Positions 10,720 through 24,891 are shown, counted from the whole stretch's first letter. The stretch: DNA of 63,676 nucleotides, filler included, from Octopus bimaculoides (GCF_001194135.2; 9 parts of 8 records of this genome joined end to end with filler, not necessarily neighbours in it), one strand, 5' to 3'. Notes: a model not told the origin generated them from the sequence alone. Numbers and translations: made by a program.

Positions 10720-11072
10720 TTCCTTTACTCTTTTACTTGTTTCAGTCATTTGAGAGCGGCACTGCTGGAGCACCACCTTTAGTCGAGGAAATCGACCCCA
10801 AGAGTTATTCTATCGGTCTATTTTGCCGAACCGCTAAGTTACGGGGCGCAAATACACCAGCATCGGTTATCAAGCGATGTTGGGGGGAGAAAAAGAGACA
10901 CACAAACACACACACACACACGCATATATGCATATATACGACGGGCTTCCTTCAGTTTCCGTCTACCACATCTACTCACAAGGTCTTGGTCGGCCCGAAG
11001 CTATAGTAGAAGACACTTGCCCAAAGTGCCACGCAGTAGGACTGAACCTGGAACCATGTTGTTGGTAAGCAA
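10720..11072 (-). mobile_element. tRNA-derived SINE (family B; head ggcgcaggagtggctgtgtggtaag...)
   Basis: Near-full copy matching 16055-16455 and 22030-22390; internal CA/TA microsatellite. Confidence 0.9.
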
Positions 11073-12710
11073 AATTCCATAAGAGCAGTGAGTACAAGTA
11101 TGAATACATCACAATTATAACGGAGAGGGTTGCAAAATCTCTTGCATGTCTAGAAATAGCTGTCAAAACCATCATAAGGCCACTATGACCACTCCAGTTC
11201 TATCTCTTCAAAATAAAGTTGTCGGCGGACGACATGATATATAATTCAAAATTTGAAAATAAAAAGTTAATTCTGTATTGGAATTTCGAAGTTAGGAACC
11301 TGGCGTTTAAACTCTTCCCTTCACGAGAACTTTCCTGTCAATACAAATTAACACAAACAAAATATATATTTGGGGTTTACATGTGTCCCGAACGGCAAGA
11401 ATAATGTATGAACCACATTCAAATTCTAAATTCCAACGTCACGTCATGCACAGCGTTTATAAGAAAAGTGTGGTTTATTAGCAATTAGAACTTAAAGGCA
11501 AAATTGATAGACGTCACATGCGTAATAGATGGTACTGACTATACGGCTGGACTTTGTGATACATCACAAAGTTATAAATAGCAACATGCTGGGTGGATGG
11601 TGGAGAATAGATTTTTTTATAATCAATACAGAAGATCGCCTGTATAAAGGAAATGTTTCGAGTACCACGCTCAGCCTTCTAATTGTATGCTAAAGGTGTT
11701 CAACCCAATATTGTATAGCTTTAGGATGCGCCTCATTATCATTCTTTCGCAAGTTTGAATACTTGTTATGGGGTTCAAAAAATATATATGTATATGTTGG
11801 GTTTTAAAAATATATATGGATATGTTGCGTTAGGACACAGAATGTTGCATTATTTACTATGACAGGACTTCTCATATGGACATGTGTTGTAAAAAAAGCA
11901 GTGTTTATAATACTGGCGGGCGAAAATCATCCTCTGCGGCCGCCGGAAGTGCTAATTAACGTAGTTTTGAACGGCAAGGGTTTCGCTAGACACAGTAATC
12001 CTTTGCACCGACAGCGATATACAAACTTTCGTTATCTATTTATAGACTGTCTCAAAAAGCCAGTTTGAAGTAGTTATTGGGATAAAGAGTCAATATNNNN
12101 NNNNNNNNNNNNNNNNNNNNNNNNNNNNNNNNNNNNNNNNNNNNNNNNNNNNNNNNNNNNNNNNNNNNNNNNNNNNNNNNNNNNNNNNNNNNNNNNNNNN
12201 NNNNNNNNNNNNNNNNNNNNNNNNNNNNNNNNNNNNNNNNNNNNNNNNNNNNNNNNNNNNNNNNNNNNNNNNNNNNNNNNNNNNNNNNNNNNNNNNNNNN
12301 NNNNNNNNNNNNNNNNNNNNNNNNNNNNNNNNNNNNNNNNNNNNNNNNNNNNNNNNNNNNNNNNNNNNNNNNNNNNNNNNNNNNNNNNNNNNNNNNNNNN
12401 NNNNNNNNNNNNNNNNNNNNNNNNNNNNNNNNNNNNNNNNNNNNNNNNNNNNNNNNNNNNNNNNNNNNNNNNNNNNNNNNNNNNNNNNNNNNNNNNNNNN
12501 NNNNNNNNNNNNNNNNNNNNNNNNNNNNNNNNNNNNNNNNNNNNNNNNNNNNNNNNNNNNNNNNNNNNNNNNNNNNNNNNNNNNNNNNNNNNNNNNNNNN
12601 NNNNNNNNNNNNNNNNNNNNNNNNNNNNNNNNNNNNNNNNNNNNNNNNNNNNNNNNNNNNNNNNNNNNNNNNNNNNNNNNNNNNNNNNNNNNNNNNNNNN
12701 NNNNNNNNNN

Positions 12711-12830
12711 CGGGAATACGGAAAGTCTTTGACGTTTCGAGCTACGCTCTTCAACAGAAAGAATACGGAGACAAGGAGAAAAACACGGAGAAAAAAAATT
12801 GAATAGTGTTCAGTCAACGGTCAATCATAA
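12711..12830 (-). mobile_element. Repeat family A copy
   Basis: aaagtctttgacgtttcgagctacgctcttcaacagaaag. Confidence 0.55.
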
Positions 12831-12876
12831 TAATGGCCGATCATAACAATGACTGACCGGAAGTTATATATATATA

Positions 12877-12944
<68 letters not shown>

Positions 12945-13869
12945 TTCAAAGTTGAAGGTGTGACTTTGTAGTCTGTCAAATTCCTATATGTTGCTTGGAC
13001 TGAACTCATCAGTGTTCACGGTTCGGTTACTGCTACTGCTATTTAGGTATCAGAAAATGATGTATGACATGCATGGAATCATTGACCTTTGTGAGAACAT
13101 AAATACCTCTAGATTCCCGTACACCAGTGCAATCTGACAAATCAGTTCTGTATTCTTTCATTGTACTTTTCTATACTTCACAGCAGAGGGCATGTATTTA
13201 TAGAGCTAATTTGTTGTCCTTTTGAAATTGTAATATATTGTTCAAATTATTATTTACCGTTTTTCATATTTACTTAAAACGCAATACGAAAAATCAAACC
13301 ACATCTACGAACATCAAAAAGATATTTATTATATAATAGTGGGTGGAGAAAAAAGAAAATGCTTAAATCAAACATTTTTCTTTATTCGTTTTGTATTTGT
13401 ATCATGTGATCGATCGATTATCGATGATACTTGACCTCGATATTACAACAGTACTAAAATAAAGAGAAGCTTTGAAATAATCAATAGTTCTCTGATTTTC
13501 TACTATAAATTATTGATCGATATGATCTAAAATAATATTTTTTAAAGTTTGAAAGTTGCTCAGGATTCACTAATTAATATCATATTAAATATTGACTCAC
13601 ATCTCAGAGAAGAAATAATAAAGCTAAACTAAATGTTACTCATGTTTAGGCGTTATAATAAAGATTTTCAACACAAAGAGGTCACAAATTTGTAGGGTGG
13701 GGTAGAGTCAATAAAATCAAAACCTATATTTGACTGGTTTAACTAGGGTGCACGAAAAAAAAGGTCAACAACACCAACGGGATTCAGAAACGTACAAAGA
13801 CGTCGGTAAATACTGTAAATTGCGTGATTCAATATAATAAAAACTTTTCTCTGTATATTTTTTCTTTAT

Positions 13870-14307
13870 TTTTTTTCTCCCTCTTATTTCTTGTTCTCTT
13901 TTCTTAATTCTTCTTTCCTATTTTTTTTCTCTCTTTTATGCGAAATGTGTTCATTTTCTTTTGAATTTTTTGAACTTTTTTCTGAAACATGGCAAATGAA
14001 CAGAGCGCTGCCCTGGAGTGGGAATTATGCCCACCCAGGCAGCGGCTGGATGAAATGGAAGAGAAAGCAGTGGTCATGTGGACCTATTCTAGGTCACGCG
14101 ATGCCATTACCCTCCTCGACAAAGAAATAATAAAGGGAGAGCTGGCAAGTGTGTCGCCAGCAAAACATTTCTATATTTGCAGGGGAGTCAAGTATGCAAT
14201 TGTGTGGTTGCTATTTGACTCCTCTGAAGAGGCTTGTAAAGCTGCAAGCCAGCCCCTTGTAGGGGCGAAGATTTTGTTCCTTCCCACATATTGTGGGAAG
14301 AACGTCA
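13870..14307 (+). mobile_element. Tx1/L1-like LINE 5' UTR and ORF1 start (truncated at spacer)
   Basis: T-rich leader, then MANEQSAALEWELCPP...VWLLFDSSEEA...PTYCGK; homologous to 26046-26623. Tx1 assignment is inferred from the Tx1-type ORF2 elsewhere in the window. Confidence 0.55.
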
Positions 14308-14407
14308 NNNNNNNNNNNNNNNNNNNNNNNNNNNNNNNNNNNNNNNNNNNNTTAATTAATTAANNNNNNNNNNNNNNNNNNNNNNNNNNNNNNNNNNNNN
14401 NNNNNNN
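14308..14407. other. Assembly spacer N44-TTAATTAATTAA-N44
   Basis: Identical 100-nt construct occurs 8 times; the 12-mer has stops in all six frames. Confidence 0.95.
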
Positions 14408-14741
14408 TCTTGGGTGTAATAATACCGGTGTTATTTAATCTGTTTGTAATTTTTTTGTACATGGTGTTTTGGGGTTCGAAAATGGTTTGATTTTGATGTA
14501 ACACGTGTGTTTACGATCGCTGTGCGGGTAGTGGAGGTATCAAGTTAAAATACATCATTATATTTGGAAAGATAGAAATAAATTTCAATGAGTATTACTT
14601 ACTCGGATATAATCCAACCCTTTGTCAGCTACTTTTTGGCTCAATGCGATGTCTTTATTTCCGATGTTTTTGGATAAGTTTCGAAGCAGTGATTTATCGT
14701 TCTCACATGTTAAACGTCCCCTCACATGTTAAACTTCCCCC

Positions 14742-14848
<107 letters not shown>

Positions 14849-14929
14849 ATTATTATTATCCAGGTCACTGCCTGGAATTAAACTCGAAATCGTGGGGTTA
14901 CTAACCACGACGCCATATGCCCGTGGACA

Positions 14930-15720
14930 TTTTAGGGCTTATAAGTCTAATATTTTCCTATACTTCTTTAATATCGGTTTCCATATGCTACTCATATCTG
15001 CATTCGGTTTGCATAGGAGGTTGTTGTGTCCTGGCATATGTGCTGATTCTTTGAGGGAACGGTATATTTCACCTTTATATACCACAGCTGCATGGGATGG
15101 AGTACACGCAGTCTTTGGTCATATTCTCTTCTATTGATGGTTTTTGTTTTTAACGGAATATTTGCGATGTGTAGTATTACTCTTGGATACTGTCCCGATG
15201 TCATATGGGCCGCATATCTTTTCTATCTTTTCGGAGAGGCCTTTCACATAGGGTAGACAAACTGTAGACAGTTTATTGGTTTCATCCTCTCTTTTCTTCA
15301 TAACTGGAGTGGATAGTATGTTTTGGGGATAGTTATTGCTTAATAGATTGTTATTGAGCTTGATCATTTCTTCGTGGTGTGTATCACGGTCGCTACTTAT
15401 ATTCTTTGCACGATGTTTTAGGCACTGTGCAATCCCTCTGTTTACACTGTATGGATGATGGGAATTGAAGTTGAGGTATGTTCCAGTGAAGGTCGGCTTG
15501 CGGTATACGGATGTTCTGAATCCATACTTGGTGCGTGCTATTAATACGTCCAGAAGCTTTGTCATTAAATTGATTCTATGCTCCACTCATTGGCTATGAC
15601 AAGAAGAGGTATTGGCTATAAAAGTCAGATCTTTTTATTGGTCTGTCATAACACGTGCAGGTGCCTATGTCAAACATTTCATTGAACTCCTCTAATTTCT
15701 TATCAGAGATATCTCCTCGT
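14930..15720 (-). mobile_element. Penelope-like element RT C-terminus and GIY-YIG remnant
   Basis: LLDVLI...TSVYRKPTFTGTYLNFNSHHPYSVNRGIAQCLKHRA...NNYP...LPYVKGLSEKI. Confidence 0.85.
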
Positions 15721-15721
15721 C

Positions 15722-15937
15722 TGCTTATTCTTTTATTGTTTTATACAGTCATTTGACAGCGGCCGTTCTGGAGCACTGCCTTTAGTCGAAAAAATCGACC
15801 CCAGGACTCATTCTTTTGTAAGACTAGTACTTATTCTATCGGTTGCCGAACCACTAAGTTACGGGGGACGTAAACACACCGACATCCGTTGTCAAGCGAT
15901 GGTGGGGTACAAACACAGACACACGCACACACACTCA
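15722..15937 (-). mobile_element. SINE family B, 3' half
   Basis: cagtcatttgacagcggccgttctggagcactgcctttagtcg... matches 10740 and 22050. Confidence 0.85.
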
Positions 15938-16054
15938 TCAGATGTTTTAAACAAGGTTTCTACAATGAAATACGATCAAATGTTTCATATCCATAGGCAA
16001 TTTAGTATATATGTGTTAGAGATTATATGATTAATATAGAAAATTAGGGTATAT

Positions 16055-16455
16055 GGGCAGGAGTGGCTGTGTGGTAAAAAGCTTGCTTACCAACCACATG
16101 GTTCCGGGTTCAGTTCCATAGCGTGGAATCTTGGGCAAATGTCTTCTACTATAGCCTCGGGCCGATCAAAGCCTTGTGAGAGAATCTGGTAGACGGAAAC
16201 TGAAAGAAGCCCGTCGGATATATTTATGTGTGTGTGTGTCTCTGTGCGTGCGTCTCTGTGCGTGCGTCTCCCCACCATCACTTGACAATCGGTGCTGGTG
16301 TGTTTACGTCCCCTTAACTTAGTGGTTCGGCAAAAGGCACCGATAGAATAAGTACTAGGCTTACAAAGAATAAATCCTGCGCTCGATTTGTTCGAATAAA
16401 TGCGATGCTCCAGCATGGCTGCAGTTAAATAATGAAACTATTAAAAGTGTAAAAG
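16055..16455 (+). mobile_element. SINE family B, near full length
   Basis: tRNA-like A/B boxes (gtggctgtgtggtaa...ggttccgggttcagttcc), then cttgggcaa central domain and tail. Confidence 0.9.
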
Positions 16456-18795
16456 AGTATTTAATTGTGGAGGTTGTATGCGATGGGTACGGGGTGAGTC
16501 ATATAACTTCCATACGTTGTATTTAAAATAATATTTGAAACTGTGCATACACTGGAATTAAGGTACCTTTAAAATGATTGTGTTTCGACCTCACCTAGTG
16601 TACAGTATGTCGTTAACTATTACTTACAGGAGAGTTTAATTTCGTCGTCGATTTGATACGTTTTGTCTATTTGAGTGCTATAACACTGCAAACACCACAC
16701 AAAAGGTCAAAAAGAAATAGCACTCTACTCAAATTCATGACAGACTCGCAAATAACTATATAAAGCAACTATTCAGATCATAATCTTTATTCGAAATGTA
16801 GGCGATGGTTTCAAATTATCAAAATTTCAACACTTCTGATCTTATTTCCGCTAACCGTACAAATCACTGACCGCTAAAACCTATCAACCTATACAATATA
16901 CATCGAAAACACCTCGAAGTAATTTCTCGACTGTAGTAGGTCAAAAAACCGTTATACAATTACATGTTTTTTTTTGCTGCGTCTCCACCAAATCCTGCAC
17001 CTGACCACATAAACTGCTGTATTTACAGCTATATATATTCCATATGCTATAAACAAAACTTATACAACATAAAATCATTCACCCCGAGATAAATCATCTC
17101 AGTAGTAGATCACATAGAGTTTGTAAAGAATATTTCAAACAAGTTTTCAATAACAGTAGTATAATCTATCAACTCTCTTTTTTACAAGAAAAATAAGAGA
17201 ACAGCCTAAACAGACCACATGCGTAGAGAAAAAATAGCCCAACCAAATAGGTGAGTTAATACACTTTATTTTGTGCTCCATGATGCTGTCTATGCTGTTC
17301 CTGTGATTATGTGCATAACTTACCTGCAACCTCTCATTTATAACCATCCTGGACACTATTACACCATTGAAAGAACACAAATGGTCTCATTAATCTTTAC
17401 AAACATGGTAAATAAATATTTAAAAAAACTAAATAAAATTATAAGTAGCGTTACTATTTGCATACATGTCGATAGGAAGCATAACACTGAGTGTACAGTT
17501 AAGCAGCATCTGTCATGTTAGGAATGACTTCCCTGTGGCAACTTCAAGAATCTACACACATATTCAAGAGTAAACAGAGCCGAAATATATCGAACTCAGA
17601 TTGCTTCAGTTCAAACAAAGAACTTCTGTATGACAGAATGTATAGTATCATGATTAATTAGACGCAAGTATAAAATATCCGGAGCTATAGATCGATGGAT
17701 TTTGATCAACCGATTTGCACACAGCTTATCCCTATTCGTTCAGAACTGATCTGGGTTGAAACACAAAATATTATTCGTTCCTCAGTGAAAATGGGTACTG
17801 GTCTCTAGATTATGACTATCAGGTTACGTATGACAAGAATTAATAGACGGTTTTGCCCGTGGATATTTATTGAATTTATCAGATATTCACAAACGTTAAT
17901 CACTGCAGACATCCAAAATATCTTAACTATTATACACGCCATCAATGATATTTCCATCACAATGGATCAAGTGTTACTAGACGAGAGTCTATGAGTAATA
18001 ACAATATGAGTGAAAAACAACTGATCGATCAGGTAGTGAATTAGATGAATAACTAATTCACTAAGAATGATAATCCTCCTCATGTTCATGATCATGATCA
18101 TGATAATTATGATGAACATGCTGATGATAATGATAATTATGATGAACATGATGGTCATGATGATAACGATGATAACGATGACGATGATGATGTATAAAGT
18201 TTGTTTAACTAGCATGTATGAAAACGTCGATGTTAAATATTAAGACTAATTAAAATATAATTGACACATGATAAAATCTGGATGATCGATTTTATAATTG
18301 TGAAATGAACTGTTTCTGACCTTGAATAGATTAAATAATGATCTGATAGAACGTTATTAATTAAGAAATTATATTATGCGGGAGAAAAACCACAATAAAG
18401 TGAAATAATAAGATTGAAATACAAACCGAAGAGACCCAGAGGGAGTACATTTTATATGATTACAACACTTGTACAAGTCTTATTGATGGAATTATTATTA
18501 GTAGCGAATTTCTTTCATTCTTTCTGCTGCTATTTTTGCGCTGTTTCTTTTGATTGCTGTCTCTAATGCACACTTTCGGATCAGCTAAACAGACGATTAT
18601 GTGGATAAAATTAACTTGAAATATTATCTCTGAGTAAAAAATGACCTTGACTTCTGAATTATAAATCACATAAAGAATTAATTAAATTATTGCAACACAT
18701 ACCTGGAATATGTATAACTAATTTTTATAAAAATATATAATTGTTTTTTTCTGATAAGGATCTCTATTTGATACACACATACACCCAGAAACACA

Positions 18796-18796
<1 letters not shown>

Positions 18797-18885
<89 letters not shown>
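18797..18885. repeat. (TA)n(GA)n compound microsatellite
   Basis: Direct reading. Confidence 0.95.
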
Positions 18886-18887
<2 letters not shown>

Positions 18888-21800
18888 CTTATGCATATAG
18901 ATATATACATGTGTATATATGCACATATACATGCATACAAACATGCAAATATATGCATATATGTATGTAGATATATATTTATATATACATACACACAGAA
19001 ATACATACATACACACACACACACACATACACATACATGCATATTTACATTCACGCATTCATACAGAAAGCTTTGCGCATAGAATAAATAAACGCTATAG
19101 AGTTGGGTTAGAAGATTGCGCAGATCTATAATCAGTCGATGATGATCTCGACTCGTGATGCATCTATTCGTTAGATTGCCGGTGTTGTAACTAAGCTTAC
19201 TCCGTTTCTTTATCGCATCTCCCCTAAGTGTAAGGTATACCCCCTAAGATCTGTTATTATTGTACCTTGATCTGCGTCTTTGATGTATTTTGGAAATATT
19301 TTTAAGCCCATTTCCAAAGGTACCTTTATCGTTTATTTCCGTTAATATTTAATACATATATTTTTATTTTATATTGTATTAATAATAATAAGTTGTCTAA
19401 GAATTCTTTTCGATAAACCAATATAATTTATATTGTAATTTATAAAATAATTCTTATTTTATTTTATTTTATTCTAATTTATCCTTATTTATAAGTCAGT
19501 TATACCTTTTGAATCATTCTGTAAAGAAATGTTTTATAAAATTTGATATTTTTTGTATTTTATATTATTAAATTTTTATGTATTTAAATACCCTCTTATG
19601 CATCTGTGTAGCTTCTATAACTTATAAAAGGTTTTGGAGTTTATAATTTCTTCTCATAAAACTCATTAGACTCACTACATAATACAATATTATGTATTTT
19701 ATATTTGAAATTAAACATTGTTTTATAAATGTTTTGTATTTATATTTGATATTTTTATACATTTGTATATCCTTTCATATACTTTCTTAATGTTTATAAT
19801 TCATAAATAATTTTTATTGACAATTCATGAGGTCTTTTATATTATTCACTGGATATGAGAATCCTTACTTTAGTAAATTTTTTTATCACGGAATATATTC
19901 ATTATATGTTTATATGTCTAAACTGGTTAAGGTTTTATCATGATCTCCTAAACACTGTTAAGGAAAAGTCCTAATAGTTTTTCTTATATTAAAGTGTCCC
20001 ATTAATAGGTTTTAAATTTATTTTCTATCATTATTTTATTTTTTGATCTAAATTTTCTCAATTTAATATTATAAATTTCCTAAGCTATGAATTACTACGT
20101 CCCATATCCTTCAATTCTAATTTCCACCCCGAAAGTTTTCATTATAATCCCCTTTAAGTTCATAATCCAAGTAAGTATTGACCACCCCATCATTCTTTCT
20201 TCCATTTATCCCCCCTTCCCTATTAGGTGTTGCCTTACCAATACAACCCACACTTTTGTGTAAAGCTAGATATATGGTTCCAGTACACTGAGAGTCTAGT
20301 AGATTGCCTGACATTAATCGATTTATCATCATTAACTAGAATACAGTTTTCAATTCCCAATGTAATTCATTCTAAATGGTTTAAGACTACGTTCTTTATA
20401 AAGTCTCCTAAATATAAGTTACTAGGTCACCAGTCTTTTTATCCTGACCCCTACTATTTCCTCTGCTACTCTCTAAATTATAGTAGGCTTGACGTGGTAT
20501 GCATTGTTTTCTAAATTCATTCTGCCTCAGATAAGACAAAAGAAACAATGTAAATATTTTGAGTTCTATTATTAATGTAAATATGTTTTAAAAAATGGCT
20601 ATATCCTTATGTTTGAAGTCTATGCGGCCATCTGACGAGAACGGTTTCTTTCAAATTGCTGTAATATTTTCATTAATCAATTATAGAAGACGCTTGAAAC
20701 GGCCGTAATGAATTGACACCTATACATCTGTGTTACTCATTTATATTCTGTTCACTTACCTTGGAATTGGCACTTTGAAAATACTATAGAAAGTACATTT
20801 ATAAAAGTACATGTCTGAATAAACAAGATCGTATATCTTCAATTAGCAGGAATATTAGTTTCAAACACCCCTGTATGGTGTCTTGATATTTAATATTTAA
20901 TTAATATTGTCTGGGTGTTCAGATTATACCGACCTAGCAAGGTGCCTCAATTTAAGTAGCTAATTCAAATGAATCTTAACTTATCTTACACACGCTCGCA
21001 CGTGCACACACATACACACACACTCACACATATATAATTATTATGTAATAAAACAGAGTTTGTGTGTGTGAACTCGCGCGTATGGATTCGAAAACTGAGA
21101 TGCCGATTGTGATATATGAGGTATCAAAATATTCGGTAATCTTTCGACTACCAAATAAACTATGTTTTTTTGCAAGACAAATCTTTTTTACTACAAAAAT
21201 AACCTTGAAAACTAGGTCGGGTCGCCCTATTTTACAGTCTTTAGCTAAGGGACGCAACTCTACCTGAGCAATCTTTCAAGGTTATACCGTGAACTTTGCT
21301 ATTATTATTTAGTAGATAATCCTTTAACACGAAATATGTTTGTCTGTGTTTTGTTTAGCCCAAAGTTGCCTCTGATATGGCAGATTCATCTGATGGGGAG
21401 GAGGGGGAAGGGAGGAGGGANNNNNNNNNNNNNNNNNNNNNNNNNNNNNNNNNNNNNNNNNNNNNNNNNNNNNNNNNNNNNNNNNNNNNNNNNNNNNNNN
21501 NNNNNNNNNNNNNNNNNNNNNNNNNNNNNNNNNNNNNNNNNNNNNNNNNNNNNNNNNNNNNNNNNNNNNAGGAGGAGGAGAAGGAGGAGGAGAAGGAGGA
21601 GGAGGAGGAGGAAGCCGATGACTAAAAGAAAATAGTGTTGTGGGTGGAAGTGGAAGTACGGCGGATACAGACAGTAAACCACATGAGTAAAGTGAGAGGT
21701 GTGATAATGAAGCTAACCAGAACTTTACTTAGTGTACCTAGAATCCGACATGTCAATGCATAAAAGACAAATAGTTAATAGAGGTGTGTGGGCCTGATGG

Positions 21801-22029
21801 AGTTGAATAAAAAAACCAAAATACTGGAAGAAACTGAAGTATGGCATAAAAGTATTTATCAACATGTTAGTGCTGAGCGAACATGGTGTTGATGATGACA
21901 TAGAGTAAATTAATATTAAAATTATAATCGTCCTAACAACACTGGAATAGGGACAAGAGAGTGAGAGAGAGAGAAAGAGAGCAGAAGAAATTAGGAGTAA
22001 AATATCAAAAGTAAAGACTAAATACTTAA

Positions 22030-22390
22030 TATTTATTCTTTTACTTGTTTCAGTCATTTGACTGCGGCCATGCTGGAGCACCGCCTTTAGTCGAGCAAAT
22101 TGACCCCGGGACTTATTCTATCGGTGTCTTTTGCCGAACCGCTAAGTGACGAGAACATAAACACACCAGCATCGGTTGTCAAACAATGCTAGGGGGACAA
22201 ACACAGACACACAAACACACATATGTATATATACATATACATACATATATACGACGGGCTTCTTTCAGTTTCCGTCTATCAAATCCACTCACAACGCTTT
22301 GGTCGGTCCGAGGCTATAGTAGAACACACTTGCCCAAGATGCCATGCAGTGGGACTCAACCCGGAACCATGTGGTTGGTAAGCAAGCTAC
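22030..22390 (-). mobile_element. SINE family B, near full length
   Basis: Matches 10720-11072. Confidence 0.9.
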
Positions 22391-22638
22391 TTACCACTCA
22401 TGGGGAACAAAATATTAGAGATCATTGTAAAGACAACATGAATTCTTAATATCGTTCTCGTCTTTGGTATTGACATGTGTCAAAATTTGTACAGTCTATT
22501 TACAGCTCCACCTTTATTTACATTTTGTTTCCTCCCATTAGAATCAAAACACAAAACCTGGCAAATGCACACTGTAAGAGCATACCTTTGATGCAGGTCT
22601 GAAGAAATGGCACACACACACACATATACACACTCTCC

Positions 22639-22689
<51 letters not shown>

Positions 22690-24230
22690 GTCATATATGT
22701 GTGTATGTGAGAATTTGTGTGTGTGTGTGTGTGTGTTGTTTGTGCCTCTCTGTGTGCGTGTGTGTGTGCGCGTGCCTCTGTGTGTGTGTGTGTGTGTGCA
22801 CGTGCCTGTGTGTGTGTGTAAGTGATGTCTATCGTTACTTAAATGACTGTTCCGTTAGAACCGACGTTACTGCTATTTTCAACTTCAGGAGGAGGCCTCC
22901 CTCCTTCAGCTGGTCATTCGATGCAATCTTAACCCGATATATATCGCAAGCAGGGGAGTGAACCCCTCTCAACTCCCAGCCACGAGACCACCAGACCGTA
23001 CGCTTTCGACCTCTGTGATCATCGTCATTGCTCGATACTGGCCCGTTAGAGATAGTAGTTTAGACCAACGACACAGCCACTGATTTTGCGACAAGCAAAT
23101 TAGCTAATTAGAAAGTCGCTATAAGATATGTGATCTGTAACTGTACTGAGAAGTAAAATTTATTGGCACTTAAACATGGTTGTTTAGTAGAAACCGACAT
23201 TACTGCTATTTTTAACTCCAGGAGAATGCTTCATCTCTTGTACAGATTTTCTGACTAGCTAATCTACTCGCTGCAAGATTATTGACCGTGTATCGCTTGG
23301 TTTTCTATATATTGTGAGGTGGAGAAAGCTACTGCTATATATATCCAGTTGAGCAATAGGCTCTGTGTAGACTTAACTACGACCAGCTGCGCTCTAACTG
23401 AGCCAATCCATGTTTTCTATCTATCAAGAAGCATGTCCAAAATGCCCTTCATAATTTGAGACACTTGAACTTTATTTGATGGAATTTTGTCGATATTTCT
23501 ATCGGATGGGACAATCAAGTAGAAGATATTTTCACTGCTATACACATTGCTTTTCTTGTTAGATAATTCAGATAAATTATAATCACCACATCAATTTCAG
23601 TGGCAGTAACTGATCGCCGGGTACCGTTATATAAATATATAACACGTTTCCTTTGAAAGTATTCACAATCTAAACCATCACATTAGCCTAGGGTAGTCGA
23701 CAATTTTTAGTCATCCAGAATATTTCATACAACATGTTGATAATATCCTTATACTATCATGTGCTTCACCTTATACATTTTGCCAATATATCAATTTCCA
23801 CTCATCAAGATATACCGGATCATGTATTTTCCTTTGAATCTCCAAATATTATTCAATAGATTTTATTATAGAATATCGGCTTAATTCCACCAGAAAAAAA
23901 CATACAGGTATTTTTTTCTATTTACAAGAACCACTATATTCCTTCCTCTGTTTCGCAGAGTTTAGTGAGGGTACTCAAGTGCAGTGAATAATATCGGGCT
24001 TAAAATGCACCTATATGAAAACGCACATAAGCAGGAGAGAATCTGAAAGTAGAGCTTAACTAGTAGTTTCACCTTTAATTAGCAGTGACAAGAATGAAAG
24101 TTTCTTTAACCTTTTGAACTTAAACTGCTTGTCAGGAAGAAGATTGTCGGAGGTAGTTAAAACTGTAGTTACGAACAAAAAAGTTTGTACCTGTGAAACT
24201 ATGACCATCATACTTAGCATCTATCATCAA

Positions 24231-24266
<36 letters not shown>

Positions 24267-24616
24267 ATGTAAATATATATGCAGATAAAGAGATACCTAG
24301 ATAAGTAGATAGACAGGTACATACGTAATACGGACAGACAAGTACACACATACACATACACATACACACTCACACACCCACATACACACAACAGAAACCC
24401 ACGACCATGTGCACATGACAATATACACACAAATACTCCACACACACGCATACGCACAAAGACATATGGGGACACACATCCATATATAACAGACGCATCT
24501 ACATAGGCACACAAACTACATAGGCCCACAAAATTAATTAATTGATCAATTAATTAATAATTAATAATTTTACCAAGTGGTCTGGTACGTTAAAATAACC
24601 TTTTTTAGGTAAAATT

Positions 24617-24784
24617 ATACATATATTCTATAATTATAAACATAATTATAATCAAGGGTCAGCTAATTGCTTCGCCATGCACCGAATTTAGAAATAGGAG
24701 TTAAAATAGGAGTTAAAATTTGGTGCGTGGTGAAGCAATTAGCTGACCCCTGATTATAATTATGTTTATAATTATAGAATATAC

Positions 24785-24788
<4 letters not shown>
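24617..24788. repeat. Hairpin: ~72-bp inverted arms with a short loop containing (aaataggagtt)x2
   Basis: atacatatattctataattataaacataattataatcaagggtcagctaattgcttcgccatgcaccgaattt pairs with 24716-24788. Confidence 0.85.
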
Positions 24789-24856
<68 letters not shown>

Positions 24857-24891
24857 ATGAATGTGTGCGTGCGTGTGCGTGTGTGTGTATG

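Noticed and set aside
11420-11590. CRE-like acgtca motifs and a TATA-like ttataaatag
   Set aside because: Such motifs are common in AT-rich DNA and no downstream gene is identifiable.
17240-17400. Consensus splice donors on both strands (ag|gtgagt at ~17251 on +; cag|gtaagt at ~17323 on -)
   Set aside because: No recognisable coding partner; could be non-coding exons but unsupported.
18505-18585. Hydrophobic frame RISFILSAAIFALFLLIAVSNA resembling a second signal peptide
   Set aside because: No ATG, weak acceptor, no donor before the stop, and no matching Cys module nearby.
22818-23230. ~60-bp degenerate direct repeat (ttaaa...gaaccgac.ttactgctatttt.aact.cagga) at ~22830 and ~23170; a similar pair at ~28020/28445
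   Set aside because: Two copies only, no coding or structural signal; probably old repeat fragments.
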